From Methanothermococcus sp. Ax23 (GTDB taxonomy: Archaea; AGJL01; Methanococci; Methanococcales; Methanococcaceae), in contig NZ_CP157522.1 of assembly GCF_049075655.1 (NCBI RefSeq), positions 1,376,001-1,440,000 of the forward strand: a DNA stretch of 64,000 nt, in the 5' to 3' direction. Below the pieces are notes generated by a model. That model was given only the letters and a program-made list of their open reading frames with translations, was not told the DNA's origin and ran no database searches. The position numbers and the translations under genes were made by a program. Numbering within the stretch: position 1 is the stretch's first letter; each line of letters begins with the position of its first letter. Positions 1 to 11,354 of the stretch are shown one piece after another.

Positions 1-407
1 TCAAATAGTGGAATATTCATTACCTGCTCTACATTATTCCATCCCATATGTGGTATTTTTTCAACAGTATCTTTAAATTTTATAACATCTCCTTTTATAA
101 TTCCCAATCCCTTTGCACCATTTCCTTCTTCACTTTTTTCCATCAATAACTGCATCCCTAAACATATACCTAAGAATGGAACCTCTTTTACTATTCCACA
201 TATGGCTTCTTTTAAGGAGCTCCCATTAACCTCTTTTGAAAGGTTCTCCATGGCACTTTCAAAATTTCCGACACCAGGTAGTATAATCTTATCTGCACTG
301 AGTATGGTTTCAGGATTATCAGTTACCACTACATCTTTTGAATATAATTCAACTGCCTTCACTATGCTTCTTAAATTTCCCGCATTGTAATCTATTATGG
401 CAATCAC
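1..407 (-). CDS. hisH: Imidazole glycerol phosphate synthase glutaminase subunit (runs off window start)
   Basis: Manual translation from GTG at 407: MIAIIDYNAGNLRSI...LPGVGNF...FLGICLGMQ...IPHMGWN. Confidence 0.93.
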   Translation of the reverse strand, partial: MIAIIDYNAGNLRSIVKAVELYSKDVVVTDNPETILSADKIILPGVGNFESAMENLSKEVNGSSLKEAICGIVKEVPFLGICLGMQLLMEKSEEGNGAKGLGIIKGDVIKFKDTVEKIPHMGWNNVEQVMNIPLF

Positions 408-416
408 ATTATCACT

Positions 417-962
417 TTAATAGTATTCCTCTTCTAATTCTTTTAAGGTATCCAATATCTTTTCCAGTGCAATATAGGCATCTTCTTTATTTTTTAAACC
501 TGTGATAACCACTTTTCCACTTCCAAATATTAACACAACGACTTTTGGATTATCCAGCCTATAAACTAAACCTGGAAATTGTTCAGGTTCATATTCGGTT
601 CCTTCGAGGGTTGATATATCATCTAAATTAGGTTCAACTCCGAGCTCTGCGGTAGCTACCATATTTTGAACTTTGACTTCTGGATTCTCATCTATTTCAA
701 AACCTGCTTCTTTTAAATAACCTATAACTTTTTTTATTGCTATTTCCGCTTCTTCCTTGCTTTTAGCCCCCGTGCAGTTTAATTTACCACTTCTGAATAT
801 TAACAAAGCTACTTTTGGCTCACTCAACCTACAAACTAAACCTGGAAATTGTTCAGGTTCATATTCTGCATTATCCAATATATCCGCAGCATATTCTAAA
901 TCTATATCATTTCCAATTTTAGTAGATACTACAACATTTACAATCTTTATATCGGGCTTCAC
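417..962 (-). CDS. tbp: TATA-box binding protein
   Basis: Two repeats of EYEPEQFPGLV.RL..PKV..LIF.SGK. Confidence 0.98.
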   Translation of the reverse strand: MKPDIKIVNVVVSTKIGNDIDLEYAADILDNAEYEPEQFPGLVCRLSEPKVALLIFRSGKLNCTGAKSKEEAEIAIKKVIGYLKEAGFEIDENPEVKVQNMVATAELGVEPNLDDISTLEGTEYEPEQFPGLVYRLDNPKVVVLIFGSGKVVITGLKNKEDAYIALEKILDTLKELEEEYY

Positions 963-1084
963 AATTTCACCTAATTCTTTATATAGTATTTATATATTTT
1001 ATATACTATATAAATATTATTTATTATTAATTTGAATATATGGATTAATGTTTTAAAAAAAGAAAAAAATGGAAATGAAAGAAT

Positions 1085-1390
1085 TTACATGAATAAAGCA
1101 CCGAGACCTGCTGCAGCAGTTGCGGTTGTGTCTTCTTCTTTCTTTTCTTCTTTCTTTTCTTCTTTTGCTTCTTCAGCAGGAGCAGCAGGAGCAGCAGCAG
1201 CTGCAACTGGAGCAACAGCAGCTTTTTCGATAGCTTCTTCAATGTTTACTCCTTCTAATGCAGCAACTAATGCTTTAACTCTTGCGTCATCTGCTTCTAC
1301 ACCAGCAGCGGTTAATATTGCCTTAACAGCGTCTTCTGTGATTTCTTTACCTGCGGAATGTAATAATAATGCAGCGTATATGTATTCCAT
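1085..1390 (-). CDS. rpl12: 50S ribosomal protein L12 (P1)
   Basis: [11 protein letters not shown] start, Ala-rich hinge, acidic tail ending GLGALF. Confidence 0.97.
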   Translation of the reverse strand: MEYIYAALLLHSAGKEITEDAVKAILTAAGVEADDARVKALVAALEGVNIEEAIEKAAVAPVAAAAAPAAPAEEAKEEKKEEKKEEDTTATAAAGLGALFM

Positions 1391-1491
1391 ACTTACACCT
1401 CCAAAGTAAAAATTTTATTTTTTGTCTTATTGTTTTAATATATAATGTTTTCGATTAAGTCAATATGTGAGATAGGTAGTTATTTGATAAT

Positions 1492-2508
1492 TTAGAAGAG
1501 CAACCCTAATCCAGCAGCAGGTGCTTCTTCTTCTTTCTTTTCTTCTTCTTTTTCTTCTGGTGCTTCTTCTTTAACTTCCTCAGCAGACACTGCTGCTGTT
1601 GAAGATAATTTTTCTTTTAACTCATCATCAAGTGCTTCATCACCAACTTCTGATGCAATAGCAAGCATTTGTGAGTATGCTTTGCCAAGTATATCGTCTG
1701 TGGTTTTGTCTGTAAGGAACGCACTTTCGATAGATACTGCTTTTGCATCTCTGAATGCTTTCTGCAATATTGTTTCGATTGTTTCAGTAGTTGGTATTGC
1801 CGCATTAACTGACAAGTTAAATGCACTGTTGAATGCTTTCTGTATTTTCTGGACGAATTCATCTTCGTCTATCTTCAATACATCTGGGGTGTAGACTACT
1901 CCATCTTCATAAGCTGCTAAGAGGTCTAAACCTACTTTTGTAGGCTTTATGCCCAATGCAGAAAGCACTACTGCAACTTTGTGAGGAACAACCTCTCCCT
2001 CTTTAACAAGTACGGTGTCTTCCCTTATTGCTATCTTACCTTTTTCGATAACTGCTGGAAGACCTGCACTTTTTAATTCCCCTAAGAATGGTCCTGGTGG
2101 CATTCCGGTTGAACCTTTTTCCACCACAATGTCGCATGGAGCAACAGCTCCTCCTTTTATAGGAGCAGGTGTTTTACTCTCTTCTAAGGTCTTGTAAAGC
2201 TTAAATGGATTCATATCCGTGACTATAATAGCTGCCCCTTTTGCTATGTGCTCAGCTAACTTAGCAAATTCAGGATTACCAGTTTCTTCGGCAACTTCCT
2301 CAATAGCTCTTTTAATCAGAGTGTTCCTTGACATCCTTAAAATCATTTTTCCTCTGATTTTATCTCTGATTTCTTGAAGTTGCCTTGCAGGGACTTCCAT
2401 CATGTCTGCCAATGCTACAACATTACCTTCTTTGAGCAACTTCTTTAACTTATTTACTTCTTCAATCTTCCAAGGGGCAATTTTGTGTTCAAATTCTGCT
2501 TCTATCAT
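1492..2508 (-). CDS. rpl10: 50S ribosomal protein L10 (P0)
   Basis: RNTL and GSTGMPPGP motifs, acidic tail GLGLLF, operon position. Confidence 0.97.
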   Translation of the reverse strand: MIEAEFEHKIAPWKIEEVNKLKKLLKEGNVVALADMMEVPARQLQEIRDKIRGKMILRMSRNTLIKRAIEEVAEETGNPEFAKLAEHIAKGAAIIVTDMNPFKLYKTLEESKTPAPIKGGAVAPCDIVVEKGSTGMPPGPFLGELKSAGLPAVIEKGKIAIREDTVLVKEGEVVPHKVAVVLSALGIKPTKVGLDLLAAYEDGVVYTPDVLKIDEDEFVQKIQKAFNSAFNLSVNAAIPTTETIETILQKAFRDAKAVSIESAFLTDKTTDDILGKAYSQMLAIASEVGDEALDDELKEKLSSTAAVSAEEVKEEAPEEKEEEKKEEEAPAAGLGLLF

Positions 2509-2520
2509 AGTTCCATCCCC

Positions 2521-3162
2521 TTACTTTTCTATGGGGACTGCTGGTCCCATTGTTAGTTTTGTATAGGCATTTTTAACATGGTAAAGCCCCTTTTCATATT
2601 TCCTAGCTACCGTGTTTAAAACTGCTTCAATGTTTTCAGCTAATTCTTCATCGCTCATCTGCTCAGTTCCCACTAATGTTTGGAACGATGGCTTGTCTCT
2701 TGTATTTATAATAACTGTCTTCTTAAATCTCTCAACCAATGGTTTTAAGTTTGCGTTCGCAGGAACTGGTTGAGGCATTTTTCCTCTCGGACCTAATACA
2801 GGACCTAAGGCTTTACCAACAAGTGGCATCATATCTGCCTGAGCAATGAAAAAGTCATGCTCATTTGCTATCTTCTTAGCTTGTTTTTTATTTTTTCCTA
2901 ATTCTTCCAATTCTTCCTGTCTTATTACAGTGAGGCCCATTTCTTCAGCCTGTGCCGCCAAATCACCTTTTGCAATTACTGCAATTTTTGGTTCCTTCCC
3001 TCGTCCGTGAGGTAATACGACCTGCTGTTTCAATCTATTTTCAGGTCTTGTGAGGTCGAGCTCCTTTAAATTTACGACCAAATCCACGGACTGTGTGAAG
3101 TTTCGCGGCTTAGCAAGAGAACGAGCCTCCTTCACTGCTTTTATTATGTTTTCTCTGTCCAT
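2521..3162 (-). CDS. rpl1: 50S ribosomal protein L1
   Basis: [17 protein letters not shown] and KLTMGP motifs. Confidence 0.97.
   Translation of the reverse strand: MDRENIIKAVKEARSLAKPRNFTQSVDLVVNLKELDLTRPENRLKQQVVLPHGRGKEPKIAVIAKGDLAAQAEEMGLTVIRQEELEELGKNKKQAKKIANEHDFFIAQADMMPLVGKALGPVLGPRGKMPQPVPANANLKPLVERFKKTVIINTRDKPSFQTLVGTEQMSDEELAENIEAVLNTVARKYEKGLYHVKNAYTKLTMGPAVPIEK
3095..3135 (-). promoter_or_regulatory. L1 autoregulatory mRNA binding site within the 5' end of rpl1
   Basis: GUGAAGGAGGCU...AGCCGCGAAACUUCAC stem-loop ~30 nt into rpl1, matching the position known for Methanococcus L1 operons. Confidence 0.75.
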
Positions 3163-3330
3163 GTTATAGCCTCCTGTAATTATAAACCGCAGTCAAAAAT
3201 TTGAGCAACATAAAAGTTGCCTGTGTCCAACATAATCTGTTGGAATATAAATTAAATCCCAACTGCGGTCAAACATGGAGCAAATCTACTTATTTAATAA
3301 CTATTATATAAAGATTACGCTACACTAAAT

Positions 3331-3633
3331 TTATTGGCTTAAACTTTCCAATGTTTTATTACACAAATCAATTACTTCTCTCAATGCCTCTTTAAGCACT
3401 TCTTCGGCATCATTTCCTTCGGTGGTTTTTACAATCAATTTTGGATTGGAGATATATCTACCAGTTTCAGGATTTAAAACAGGATGCTCTATAACATAGG
3501 ACGCCATAATTACCTTATCCGTTTTTTCCAACAATATATCTTTTAAAAGGTTGCATAATGAATGGTCATCATCTATTAATTCTACTTCTATACTATTTTC
3601 TGTCTTTTCCAATATTCTCATGGATTTGCTCAT
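3331..3633 (-). CDS. rpoL: DNA-directed RNA polymerase subunit L
   Basis: DDHSLCNLL...ASYVIEHP motif. Confidence 0.92.
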   Translation of the reverse strand: MSKSMRILEKTENSIEVELIDDDHSLCNLLKDILLEKTDKVIMASYVIEHPVLNPETGRYISNPKLIVKTTEGNDAEEVLKEALREVIDLCNKTLESLSQ

Positions 3634-3635
3634 GG

Positions 3636-4253
3636 TTATCCCTCCAAATTATAGTATTCTTTAATCAAATTTATATCTTTATTCAATACAATTTTGTCGT
3701 TTTCTATTCTGAAAAATTCTTTTTCAATGCATTCATCTATAATGTCGTTAATATCTTTTTTGGTGAAGTATGCCACCAACACAATAATGTTTCTCACTGG
3801 TTTTGAACCAACATTTACAAAATTGAGCTCAGTATTTATATCATATAATTCTTTTAATATGTTATTGAATTTGTCAAAAGGTAGTGAGCATTTAATTAGG
3901 TTTTCATCTTCTTTATATATAAAATTAATTTTTAAGGATTTAAGTGCATCTAATATCAAGTTTTTGTTAATGGGGTATTTTATATCGGATAAATAATACT
4001 CGAATAATCCCTTTGAATTTGGGTTATATTTTTTGTGGATTCTATTTATTAAATTCATAACACTTTTATAATCTTCCACTGTCTTGTTCTTATCATAACC
4101 ATATATTTTTATCCTAAGGGTGCTTACATCATTTAATTCTTCGGTATAGGCTGCTTTTGATTCTATTGAACAATCAACATCCATTTTTGAAATTTCTTTG
4201 CAAATATCCATTATCTCTCTATTGGTTGCCTTCACGCTTATCATTTTTTTCAT
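3636..4253 (-). CDS. Conserved archaeal protein (DUF2067-like) upstream of rpoL
   Basis: Long ORF; likely start ATG at 4253 after GGTGA RBS; family guess from context. Confidence 0.55.
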   Translation of the reverse strand: MKKMISVKATNREIMDICKEISKMDVDCSIESKAAYTEELNDVSTLRIKIYGYDKNKTVEDYKSVMNLINRIHKKYNPNSKGLFEYYLSDIKYPINKNLILDALKSLKINFIYKEDENLIKCSLPFDKFNNILKELYDINTELNFVNVGSKPVRNIIVLVAYFTKKDINDIIDECIEKEFFRIENDKIVLNKDINLIKEYYNLEG

Positions 4254-4555
4254 AATCTCACCAAATAAACATATATATAGTATATGCAATTATTTAAAGT
4301 TAGTATATACCTAACTTAACATAAAAATTTAACATATAAATCTAAATATGTGGTTAATATCAATTTTCATAAAAGAATATCAATAAAAAAATTTTTATAA
4401 AAATCGTATATTTTATATTTTATAATATTTTATTAATTTAAAAAAATATGCAATTTTATATTTTTCTACTACTACATGGTAATTAATACATACATAATAC
4501 ATATATTTTTTATAATTGCTCATGAAAAAATGAAATAAAGATAAAAGATGATAAT

Positions 4556-5497
4556 ATGGAAAACGGGAGTATAGAAAATATAATAAAGAACACATCGGAA
4601 GTGGTATCCGTAGAAGAGTTAAAAGAAGTCATGAATAAAGATGAGAAAAGAGCATACATTGGATTTGAACCAAGTGGGAAAATTCATTTAGGACATTATC
4701 TCCAAATCAGAAAGATGATAGACTTGCAAAATGCAGGATTCGATATAATTATCCTACTGGCAGATTTACATGCATACTTAAATCAGAAAGGAACAATGGA
4801 AGAGATACAGGAGCTCGCAGAATACAACAAAACTATATTCAACGCTATGGGATTAAAGGCAGAGTATGTTTATGGTAGTGAGTTCCAGCTTGAAAAGGAT
4901 TATACAATCGATGTTTATAAAATAGCCCTAAAAACTACACTAAAAAGGGCTAGAAGAAGTATGGAAGTAATAGCAAGGGAAGATGAAAATCCAAAGGTTG
5001 CAGAAGTGGTATATCCATTAATGCAGGTAAATGACATAAAACATTTAAATGTGGATGTTGCAGTGGGTGGAATGGAACAGAGAAAAATACACATGCTTGC
5101 GCGGGAGCTCCTACCAAGTATGGGGTATAAGGCACCAGTTTGCATACACAATCCAGTGCTCACAGGTCTCGATGGAGAAGGCAAAATGTCATCATCAAAA
5201 GGGAACTTCATTGCAGTTGATGATGAGCCAAACACTATTAAATCAAAGATAAAAAAGGCATACTGTCCAATTGGAACTGTTGAAGGGAATCCGGTATTGG
5301 AGTTGGCAAAATACTATCTAAACTATCCACATACCATAGAAAGACCAGAAAAATTCGGAGGAAATTTAACCATCAGTAGCTATGAGGAATTGGAAAAAAT
5401 GTATGCTGAACAAAAACTACATCCTATGGACTTAAAAAATACCGTTGCAAAAGAGATTATAGATATTTTAGCTCCAATTAGGGAAAAATTAATATAA
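4556..5497 (+). CDS. tyrS: Tyrosyl-tRNA synthetase
   Basis: [24 protein letters not shown]. Confidence 0.98.
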   Translation: MENGSIENIIKNTSEVVSVEELKEVMNKDEKRAYIGFEPSGKIHLGHYLQIRKMIDLQNAGFDIIILLADLHAYLNQKGTMEEIQELAEYNKTIFNAMGLKAEYVYGSEFQLEKDYTIDVYKIALKTTLKRARRSMEVIAREDENPKVAEVVYPLMQVNDIKHLNVDVAVGGMEQRKIHMLARELLPSMGYKAPVCIHNPVLTGLDGEGKMSSSKGNFIAVDDEPNTIKSKIKKAYCPIGTVEGNPVLELAKYYLNYPHTIERPEKFGGNLTISSYEELEKMYAEQKLHPMDLKNTVAKEIIDILAPIREKLI

Positions 5498-5556
5498 TTA
5501 AATATTTATATTTATTTTTACTATTGTTCATCAGTTTTCGGTGGAAGAGGGAGATT

Positions 5557-6621
5557 ATGGATTTATTAAATGCCACATATTTTGGAAACACCCTATATAA
5601 TTATATAATTTTTATTTTGTTTATAATATTTGGAATCGTATTTGGAAAATTATTCAACTCCATCATCAAAAGATATATAAAAAATTTGGTTGGAAAAACA
5701 AAAACAAAATTTGATGATATTATATTGGAAGCTCTCGAGCTCCCCATTATATTATTAGTATTTGTTGGATTTCTATATTTGGGATTGAAATTTCTCGTTC
5801 TTCCAAGCAGTATTGATATATTGTTAAATGAGGCCATTAAAATCGTGGTTATATTATGCGGGACATGGTTTGCAGTCAATTTTGTTGATGATTTTATAGG
5901 TCATTATATCATGCCTATTGTAGAAAAATCAGAAACTAAATTTGATGACCAAGTGGTATCTCCATTGAGGAAGCTTTTAAAAATAATAATCGTAATTGCC
6001 GGGTTATTGATGGCACTTAAAACTGCTGGCTATGATATAACAACACTCCTTGCTGGTTTAGGTATCAGCGGTTTGGCCGTGGCTCTTGCAGCACAGGATA
6101 CCGTTAAAAATTTCATTGCAGGGGTGTTAATATTTGTGGATAAACCTTTTAAAATAAATCATTGGATTAAATTCGATGGTGGAGAGGGGATTGTAGAGGA
6201 TATAGGGATTAGAAGCACAAAAATAAGGACTTTTGGAGATAGCCTTATAATTGTTCCCAATGCAAATCTTTTAAGTGCGAATATCGAAAATTTCTCTGAG
6301 ATGAGAAAAAGGAGGGTGCTTGTAACTATTGGTTTAACCTACGACACTTCTGTGGAAAAACTGAGTAAAGCAAAAGAAATTATCAAAAACATAATCGACA
6401 ATCACAACGCCACACTACCCCCCATAAGAATCACATTTGAAGAGTTTGGCGATTTTTCATTAAATATAAGGGTTGAATACTTTATTAGAAACTTTGGTTT
6501 TGACTACTACTTAGATACCATGGATGAAATAAATATGAAAATTAAAGAGGAATTTGAAAAAGAAGGGATAGAGATGGCATTTCCAACTCAAACAGTTTAT
6601 TTGAAAAAAGACGGTGACTAA
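5557..6621 (+). CDS. Small-conductance mechanosensitive channel (MscS family)
   Basis: TM helices, GLGISGLAVALAAQD..NF, VEDIGIRST, AFPTQTV; start probably ATG at 5557. Confidence 0.93.
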   Translation: MDLLNATYFGNTLYNYIIFILFIIFGIVFGKLFNSIIKRYIKNLVGKTKTKFDDIILEALELPIILLVFVGFLYLGLKFLVLPSSIDILLNEAIKIVVILCGTWFAVNFVDDFIGHYIMPIVEKSETKFDDQVVSPLRKLLKIIIVIAGLLMALKTAGYDITTLLAGLGISGLAVALAAQDTVKNFIAGVLIFVDKPFKINHWIKFDGGEGIVEDIGIRSTKIRTFGDSLIIVPNANLLSANIENFSEMRKRRVLVTIGLTYDTSVEKLSKAKEIIKNIIDNHNATLPPIRITFEEFGDFSLNIRVEYFIRNFGFDYYLDTMDEINMKIKEEFEKEGIEMAFPTQTVYLKKDGD

Positions 6622-7710
6622 ATGACTGTATCACAAATAATAAATGATATAATACTTAATAATAGTATAGAAAATTATTTATTATGTCTTTTATCCATAT
6701 TTTTTTCAATAATCATTGGGCGGTATATGGATGCTTTAATTGAACGACTTGCAGATAAATTAAATAAAAAGAAGGAACTTGAATTTGATGAAGTGATAGT
6801 AAGGGCATTATCATTACCTATTGCAATTGCTATCGTATTATCAGGGTTTTATTTGGGATTTAATTTTTTATACACTCCACAAGATTTAAAAACAATGATA
6901 AATGAAGGAATATCAACTGCATTTATTATTTGCATAATTGTATTTTTTGATAGATTTGTCTCTGAATTAGTTGAGAAATATTTAGCAGATGCAATATCAA
7001 AAAGAACAAGAATGGAAATTGATGACCAAATAATTATTCTAACCAAAAAAATCATAAGATTGATTATTTGGATTGTTGGATTGGTCCTCATTTTAAGCAA
7101 TTTAGGATATGATGTAAAAACACTACTCACAGGTTTGGGGATTGGAGGTTTGGCAGTTGCATTGGCATCTCAGAATTTGGTTTCTAATCTTATAGGGGGT
7201 TTTATAATCATCACTGATAAACCATTCAAAATAGGAAATTGGGTTAATTTTAGTGGAGGGACAGGAATTGTAGAAGACATTGGAGTTAGAAGCACCAAAA
7301 TAAGAAGTATGGATAATTCCATTATCGTTGTTCCAAATTCTAAATTGGTGGATGAAACCATACAGAATGTTCCTTCAAAGAATAAATGGAAGGTCTCTTC
7401 AACAATAGGATTGACCTATAACACGAGTGCAGATGACTTAAAAAAGGCAATGAATATTATCAAAAACATTTTATTGAATAATCCAAATATTGAAAGAGAA
7501 CCAATAACTATATATTTTAAAGAATATGGTGATTGGAGTTTGAATATTCAAGTAGTTTATTACATCAAAAATAACAGGTATAATGGTTATCAAAAATATA
7601 CAAGCACAGTTAATGAAATTAATCTAAAAATAAAAGAAGAATTTGATAGAGAAGGACTTGAATTTGCATTCCCAACTCAGACAGTTTATTTAAGGAGGGA
7701 TGGTAATTAA
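6622..7710 (+). CDS. Small-conductance mechanosensitive channel (MscS family), tandem paralog
   Basis: GLGIGGLAVALASQ, VEDIGVRST, AFPTQTV. Confidence 0.93.
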   Translation: MTVSQIINDIILNNSIENYLLCLLSIFFSIIIGRYMDALIERLADKLNKKKELEFDEVIVRALSLPIAIAIVLSGFYLGFNFLYTPQDLKTMINEGISTAFIICIIVFFDRFVSELVEKYLADAISKRTRMEIDDQIIILTKKIIRLIIWIVGLVLILSNLGYDVKTLLTGLGIGGLAVALASQNLVSNLIGGFIIITDKPFKIGNWVNFSGGTGIVEDIGVRSTKIRSMDNSIIVVPNSKLVDETIQNVPSKNKWKVSSTIGLTYNTSADDLKKAMNIIKNILLNNPNIEREPITIYFKEYGDWSLNIQVVYYIKNNRYNGYQKYTSTVNEINLKIKEEFDREGLEFAFPTQTVYLRRDGN

Positions 7711-7735
7711 TTACAAAAAGATATTAAATTATTAA

Positions 7736-8500
7736 TTAAATATCTAATCCAAAAATATTTTTGGCGTTATCGTGGGAAACCATTTTAATAATTTCATTAT
7801 CTATATTATTCATTTTCATCTTTAAAACTGTTTTTGGAACTCCCATTATATCCGATGGTGCAGAGGAGCTATCGCTGTTTAATAAAAATCTTTCTCCACC
7901 GTATTCCTTTACAATCTCAACAGCGTCCATAGGAGTTAATTTACTTGGCTGAACTGTCAAACCCATATTCATAACAGTATCATAAATCATCGGAACGGTT
8001 TCTTTTGTGCAGTGTTCAATTATAATATTCTTCTCTGCGTCCTTATATAATCCCAATGAGTCAATAACTTCCAAAATGGTTTTTGTAGTTTCCTTTTTGT
8101 TTCTTCTTGGAGTATGAACAACAGCTGGAAGGTTTAACTCTTGTGCCATAAGCAACTGCTCTTCAAAAACTTCAATTTCTTCTTTTGTGCATTTTTCCAG
8201 CCCTATTTCTCCAACACCTACAACATTTTTGGCTTTTAAATATTCCCTTAATATATTGTAATTTACATCAGAGGGTATCATTCTTGGGTGTATTCCCAAA
8301 CAAACAAATAATTTCAATCCAGTTTTGTTTGCTCTTTCAATCTCGTTGTATATTATTTTATCAAAGTGAGCTCTCAAAATATCCATAGAATAGGGCTCCA
8401 ATGGGTCGTGTGCCAATGTGATGGCACAATCAAAACACAATGCCATCTTCTCAAAATCTTCATAAGGTCTTGTGTCGGAATGAATATGGGAGTCAATCAT
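7736..8500 (-). CDS. TatD-family metallohydrolase
   Basis: DSHIH, GIHP, VGEIGL, VHTP, EH, NSD motifs. Confidence 0.9.
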   Translation of the reverse strand: MIDSHIHSDTRPYEDFEKMALCFDCAITLAHDPLEPYSMDILRAHFDKIIYNEIERANKTGLKLFVCLGIHPRMIPSDVNYNILREYLKAKNVVGVGEIGLEKCTKEEIEVFEEQLLMAQELNLPAVVHTPRRNKKETTKTILEVIDSLGLYKDAEKNIIIEHCTKETVPMIYDTVMNMGLTVQPSKLTPMDAVEIVKEYGGERFLLNSDSSSAPSDIMGVPKTVLKMKMNNIDNEIIKMVSHDNAKNIFGLDI

Positions 8501-8569
8501 GGTTTCACCATATTATTTTTAATATATAATAGATAATACCTAATAGTTTAAAATTATTTTGGTGATAAA

Positions 8570-9127
8570 ATGGATGATTTAAAAGAATTCATAAACATTT
8601 GTCATAAACTATACGATAGAAAATACATCGTTGGAAGCGGAGGAAATGTAAGTATAAGAAAAGAAAATTTAATATATGCAACTCCAACAGGCTCAATATT
8701 GGGATTTTTAAAAGAAGATGATATATCAGTTGTTGATATAGATGGAAATGTTATAAAAGGAGCTCCCACATCTGAAATAAAAATGCACTTAAACCTATAC
8801 AAAAAAAGAAAAGACATAAATGCAGTAGTTCATACTCATTCAATATACTCCACAGCATTTTCAATAATAGATAAAAAAATAGAGCTCCTAACACCTGAGG
8901 CACAACTATTTATAAAAGAGATAGGTTATGTTCCTTACTTCAAGGCAGGTAGTGTAGAGCTCGCAAATGAAGTTTCTAAAAGAAATGAAGATGTAATACT
9001 TTTAAAAAATCATGGAATAGTATGCGTTGGAAAAAACTTAATTGAAGCATATTTAAAAACAGAAGTTATGGAAGAGATTGCAAAATTAAACTACATTATT
9101 CATTCTTTACAGTCTCCAACTCACTAA
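8570..9127 (+). CDS. Class II aldolase (fuculose-1-phosphate aldolase-like)
   Basis: GGNVS, PTSE..MH, HTHS, LLKNHG. Confidence 0.9.
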   Translation: MDDLKEFINICHKLYDRKYIVGSGGNVSIRKENLIYATPTGSILGFLKEDDISVVDIDGNVIKGAPTSEIKMHLNLYKKRKDINAVVHTHSIYSTAFSIIDKKIELLTPEAQLFIKEIGYVPYFKAGSVELANEVSKRNEDVILLKNHGIVCVGKNLIEAYLKTEVMEEIAKLNYIIHSLQSPTH

Positions 9128-9374
9128 CGATGCTCCATATTTGGGTTCTTGTGTGTAGTGGCATATTTGGGTCATCGCTTATATCGTCTAAATACTGAAT
9201 TGCGGTGGCACTTCTTACAATAAATTCTTCATTTTCATTTAAAACAGAATCTTTTGCATTTTGTGCAGCAGCTCTTATGTTTCTTGGAACTGTTGTGTCG
9301 TTAATGATTTCATCAAGCATAAAAGCTATGTTTTTTAATTTATCCTCAGGACTAATTTTTTTAGGTTTAAACAT
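9096..9374 (-). CDS. UPF0147 family protein
   Basis: DTTVPRNIR...[13 protein letters not shown]. Confidence 0.9.
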   Translation of the reverse strand: MFKPKKISPEDKLKNIAFMLDEIINDTTVPRNIRAAAQNAKDSVLNENEEFIVRSATAIQYLDDISDDPNMPLHTRTQIWSIVSELETVKNE

Positions 9375-9509
9375 AGTATCACCCCGTAAAATTATGTAAA
9401 TTGAATTTATTATTAAATATGTAATATTGTTTTTAATATAAATAATGTATCGTATTTAAATGAAAAATAAAAAAATACAGCATAAACTAAAATTAAAAAA
9501 GATTTAGAT

Positions 9510-9881
9510 TTATTCCTGTCCGAGTATTTCAGCGATTGGTTTTTCTCCAGCTTCTACAACTTTTGTATTTACCTGAACGATATCTGATGAAATTGTGTTT
9601 CCTCTTACACTTTTTCTTCTTCTGATACCTTTATCAGTTGGTTTGTATCCTGGCTTTTTGCTTAATAAAACTCTCATCTTCATACTTCCGTGTATATCGT
9701 GTCTCATTGGGAATCCACACTTATCTGAACCGCCTGTGATTTTTAATTTGTATCCATCCAATCCTACAATTGAACCGTTTATTTCATCACCGATTCTTTT
9801 ACCGATTAATGCTGTTGTTTCTACTTCTAACTGGTATGATTTTCCATCTTTGTCAGATACTACAACTTTAAATTTTGCCAT
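9510..9881 (-). CDS. rps6e: 30S ribosomal protein S6e
   Basis: KITGGSDK.GFPM, RRRKSVRGN. Confidence 0.97.
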   Translation of the reverse strand: MAKFKVVVSDKDGKSYQLEVETTALIGKRIGDEINGSIVGLDGYKLKITGGSDKCGFPMRHDIHGSMKMRVLLSKKPGYKPTDKGIRRRKSVRGNTISSDIVQVNTKVVEAGEKPIAEILGQE

Positions 9882-10126
9882 GTTATCACCTTTTTATTTT
9901 TTATATTTATTTTTTATCTTTTTATTTTTAGCATTATCCTTTATCTTTTAGAAGATATTAAAAATCCTTAGATTTCTATATTTTAATTACTATTTCTTGC
10001 ATCATTAACTACTTCTGCCTAAAAACTGAATGACTTCTAATTTATATGTTTTAACTTTTTATTTGTGTTTTTCCAATTTCGCCCATCTTTGACTATATTA
10101 TGACATTCTCATTTTTATACTTTTTC

Positions 10127-11248
10127 CTAAAATTCATCTTGTGGATATTTTCCCAATATATTTCCTTTCATATCAATTATAATACAGCTGAAATTTATAC
10201 CATCCCATCTATTGCGAGCTCTCTCAATCACCCTATTTGCTATGGCATTAAAAACCTCCGTTAAAACACCTTCTTTTTTTAGAATTTCTATAATTTCCTC
10301 TGTTGTATTGGCATATAACATATTTTTTAAAACTTCTTTATCTTCAATATGTAACGAACTGTATGCAGTCAATACCTCATTTCTTCCATCTGCAACCTTT
10401 GAATGGGTGTTGTATATGCCAGCGGCAAGTTTTATAATTTTCCCAGAATGTCCAAATATTAAAATGTCCTTAACTCCCTTTTCCAATGCTTTATCAAGCA
10501 TAAAATCCCAAAAATTAGAGACTTCAATAATTTGGTCATCGGGTGCATTAAACATCTTCTTTGCATATTTTGTTCCTATATTTCCCGGTGTAAATATCAA
10601 CCTCTTATAATTATTTGCAAGTGCAACATCAATCTGCGGAACAAGGGATTCTTTATAAGCATCGTTTGACATTGGTCTGACTACCCCTGTTGTTCCAAGT
10701 ATTGAAATTCCTCCAACTATTCCAAGCTTTGGATTTAGTGTTTTTTTTGCCAGTTCCCTTCCTTTTGGAACAGATATTTTAACTATGACTCTATCATTTT
10801 CATCAAGTAAATTTATAATATTGTTTATGATGAGCTCTCTTGGTTTTGGATTTATGGCATAATCTCCTTTTTTTATTTGTAGCCCGTCCTTTGTAATTAT
10901 GCCCACACCATCTCCGCCGATGATTTCTACCTTTGGTTTGTTGGATTCGTCCTTTCCATTTATCTTCAAGAGCTCAACTTCTACAATAATATCTATTCCG
11001 TTTGTAATGTCTATATCTTCGCCTGCAAACTTTTTAACAGTTGCAATTGTTTTGTTTTTTTCCTTAATTTCTAAATTTTCAATTGGAATTATTAATTTAT
11101 CTCCCTTATCATTTCCCAATTGCACATAATCCAATTTTATTCCTTTTTTTAAATAATAAACTCCGCAGTAAGCACCAGCTGCGGCACATGAGCCTGTGGT
11201 ATATCCAAACTTTTTTTCTTTCCTAAAATCGTAAATCATAAATCCCAC
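10127..11248 (-). CDS. cbiD: Cobalt-precorrin-5B C1-methyltransferase
   Basis: GYTTGSCAAA, TLNPKLGIVGGISILGTTG. Confidence 0.96.
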   Translation of the reverse strand: MGFMIYDFRKEKKFGYTTGSCAAAGAYCGVYYLKKGIKLDYVQLGNDKGDKLIIPIENLEIKEKNKTIATVKKFAGEDIDITNGIDIIVEVELLKINGKDESNKPKVEIIGGDGVGIITKDGLQIKKGDYAINPKPRELIINNIINLLDENDRVIVKISVPKGRELAKKTLNPKLGIVGGISILGTTGVVRPMSNDAYKESLVPQIDVALANNYKRLIFTPGNIGTKYAKKMFNAPDDQIIEVSNFWDFMLDKALEKGVKDILIFGHSGKIIKLAAGIYNTHSKVADGRNEVLTAYSSLHIEDKEVLKNMLYANTTEEIIEILKKEGVLTEVFNAIANRVIERARNRWDGINFSCIIIDMKGNILGKYPQDEF

Positions 11249-11354
11249 GGTTTTTTATATTCTATATTATACTATATTGAAAATATTATATTTTTATCTT
11301 AGTTATTCTTTATTTTAATTCTATTTATTTATTATTTTTATAAACAGTGATATT

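Noticed and set aside
9960-10110. Minus-strand fragment CHNIVKDGRNWKNT resembling an IS1 InsA zinc-ribbon remnant
   Set aside because: Too short and degraded; no termini identified.
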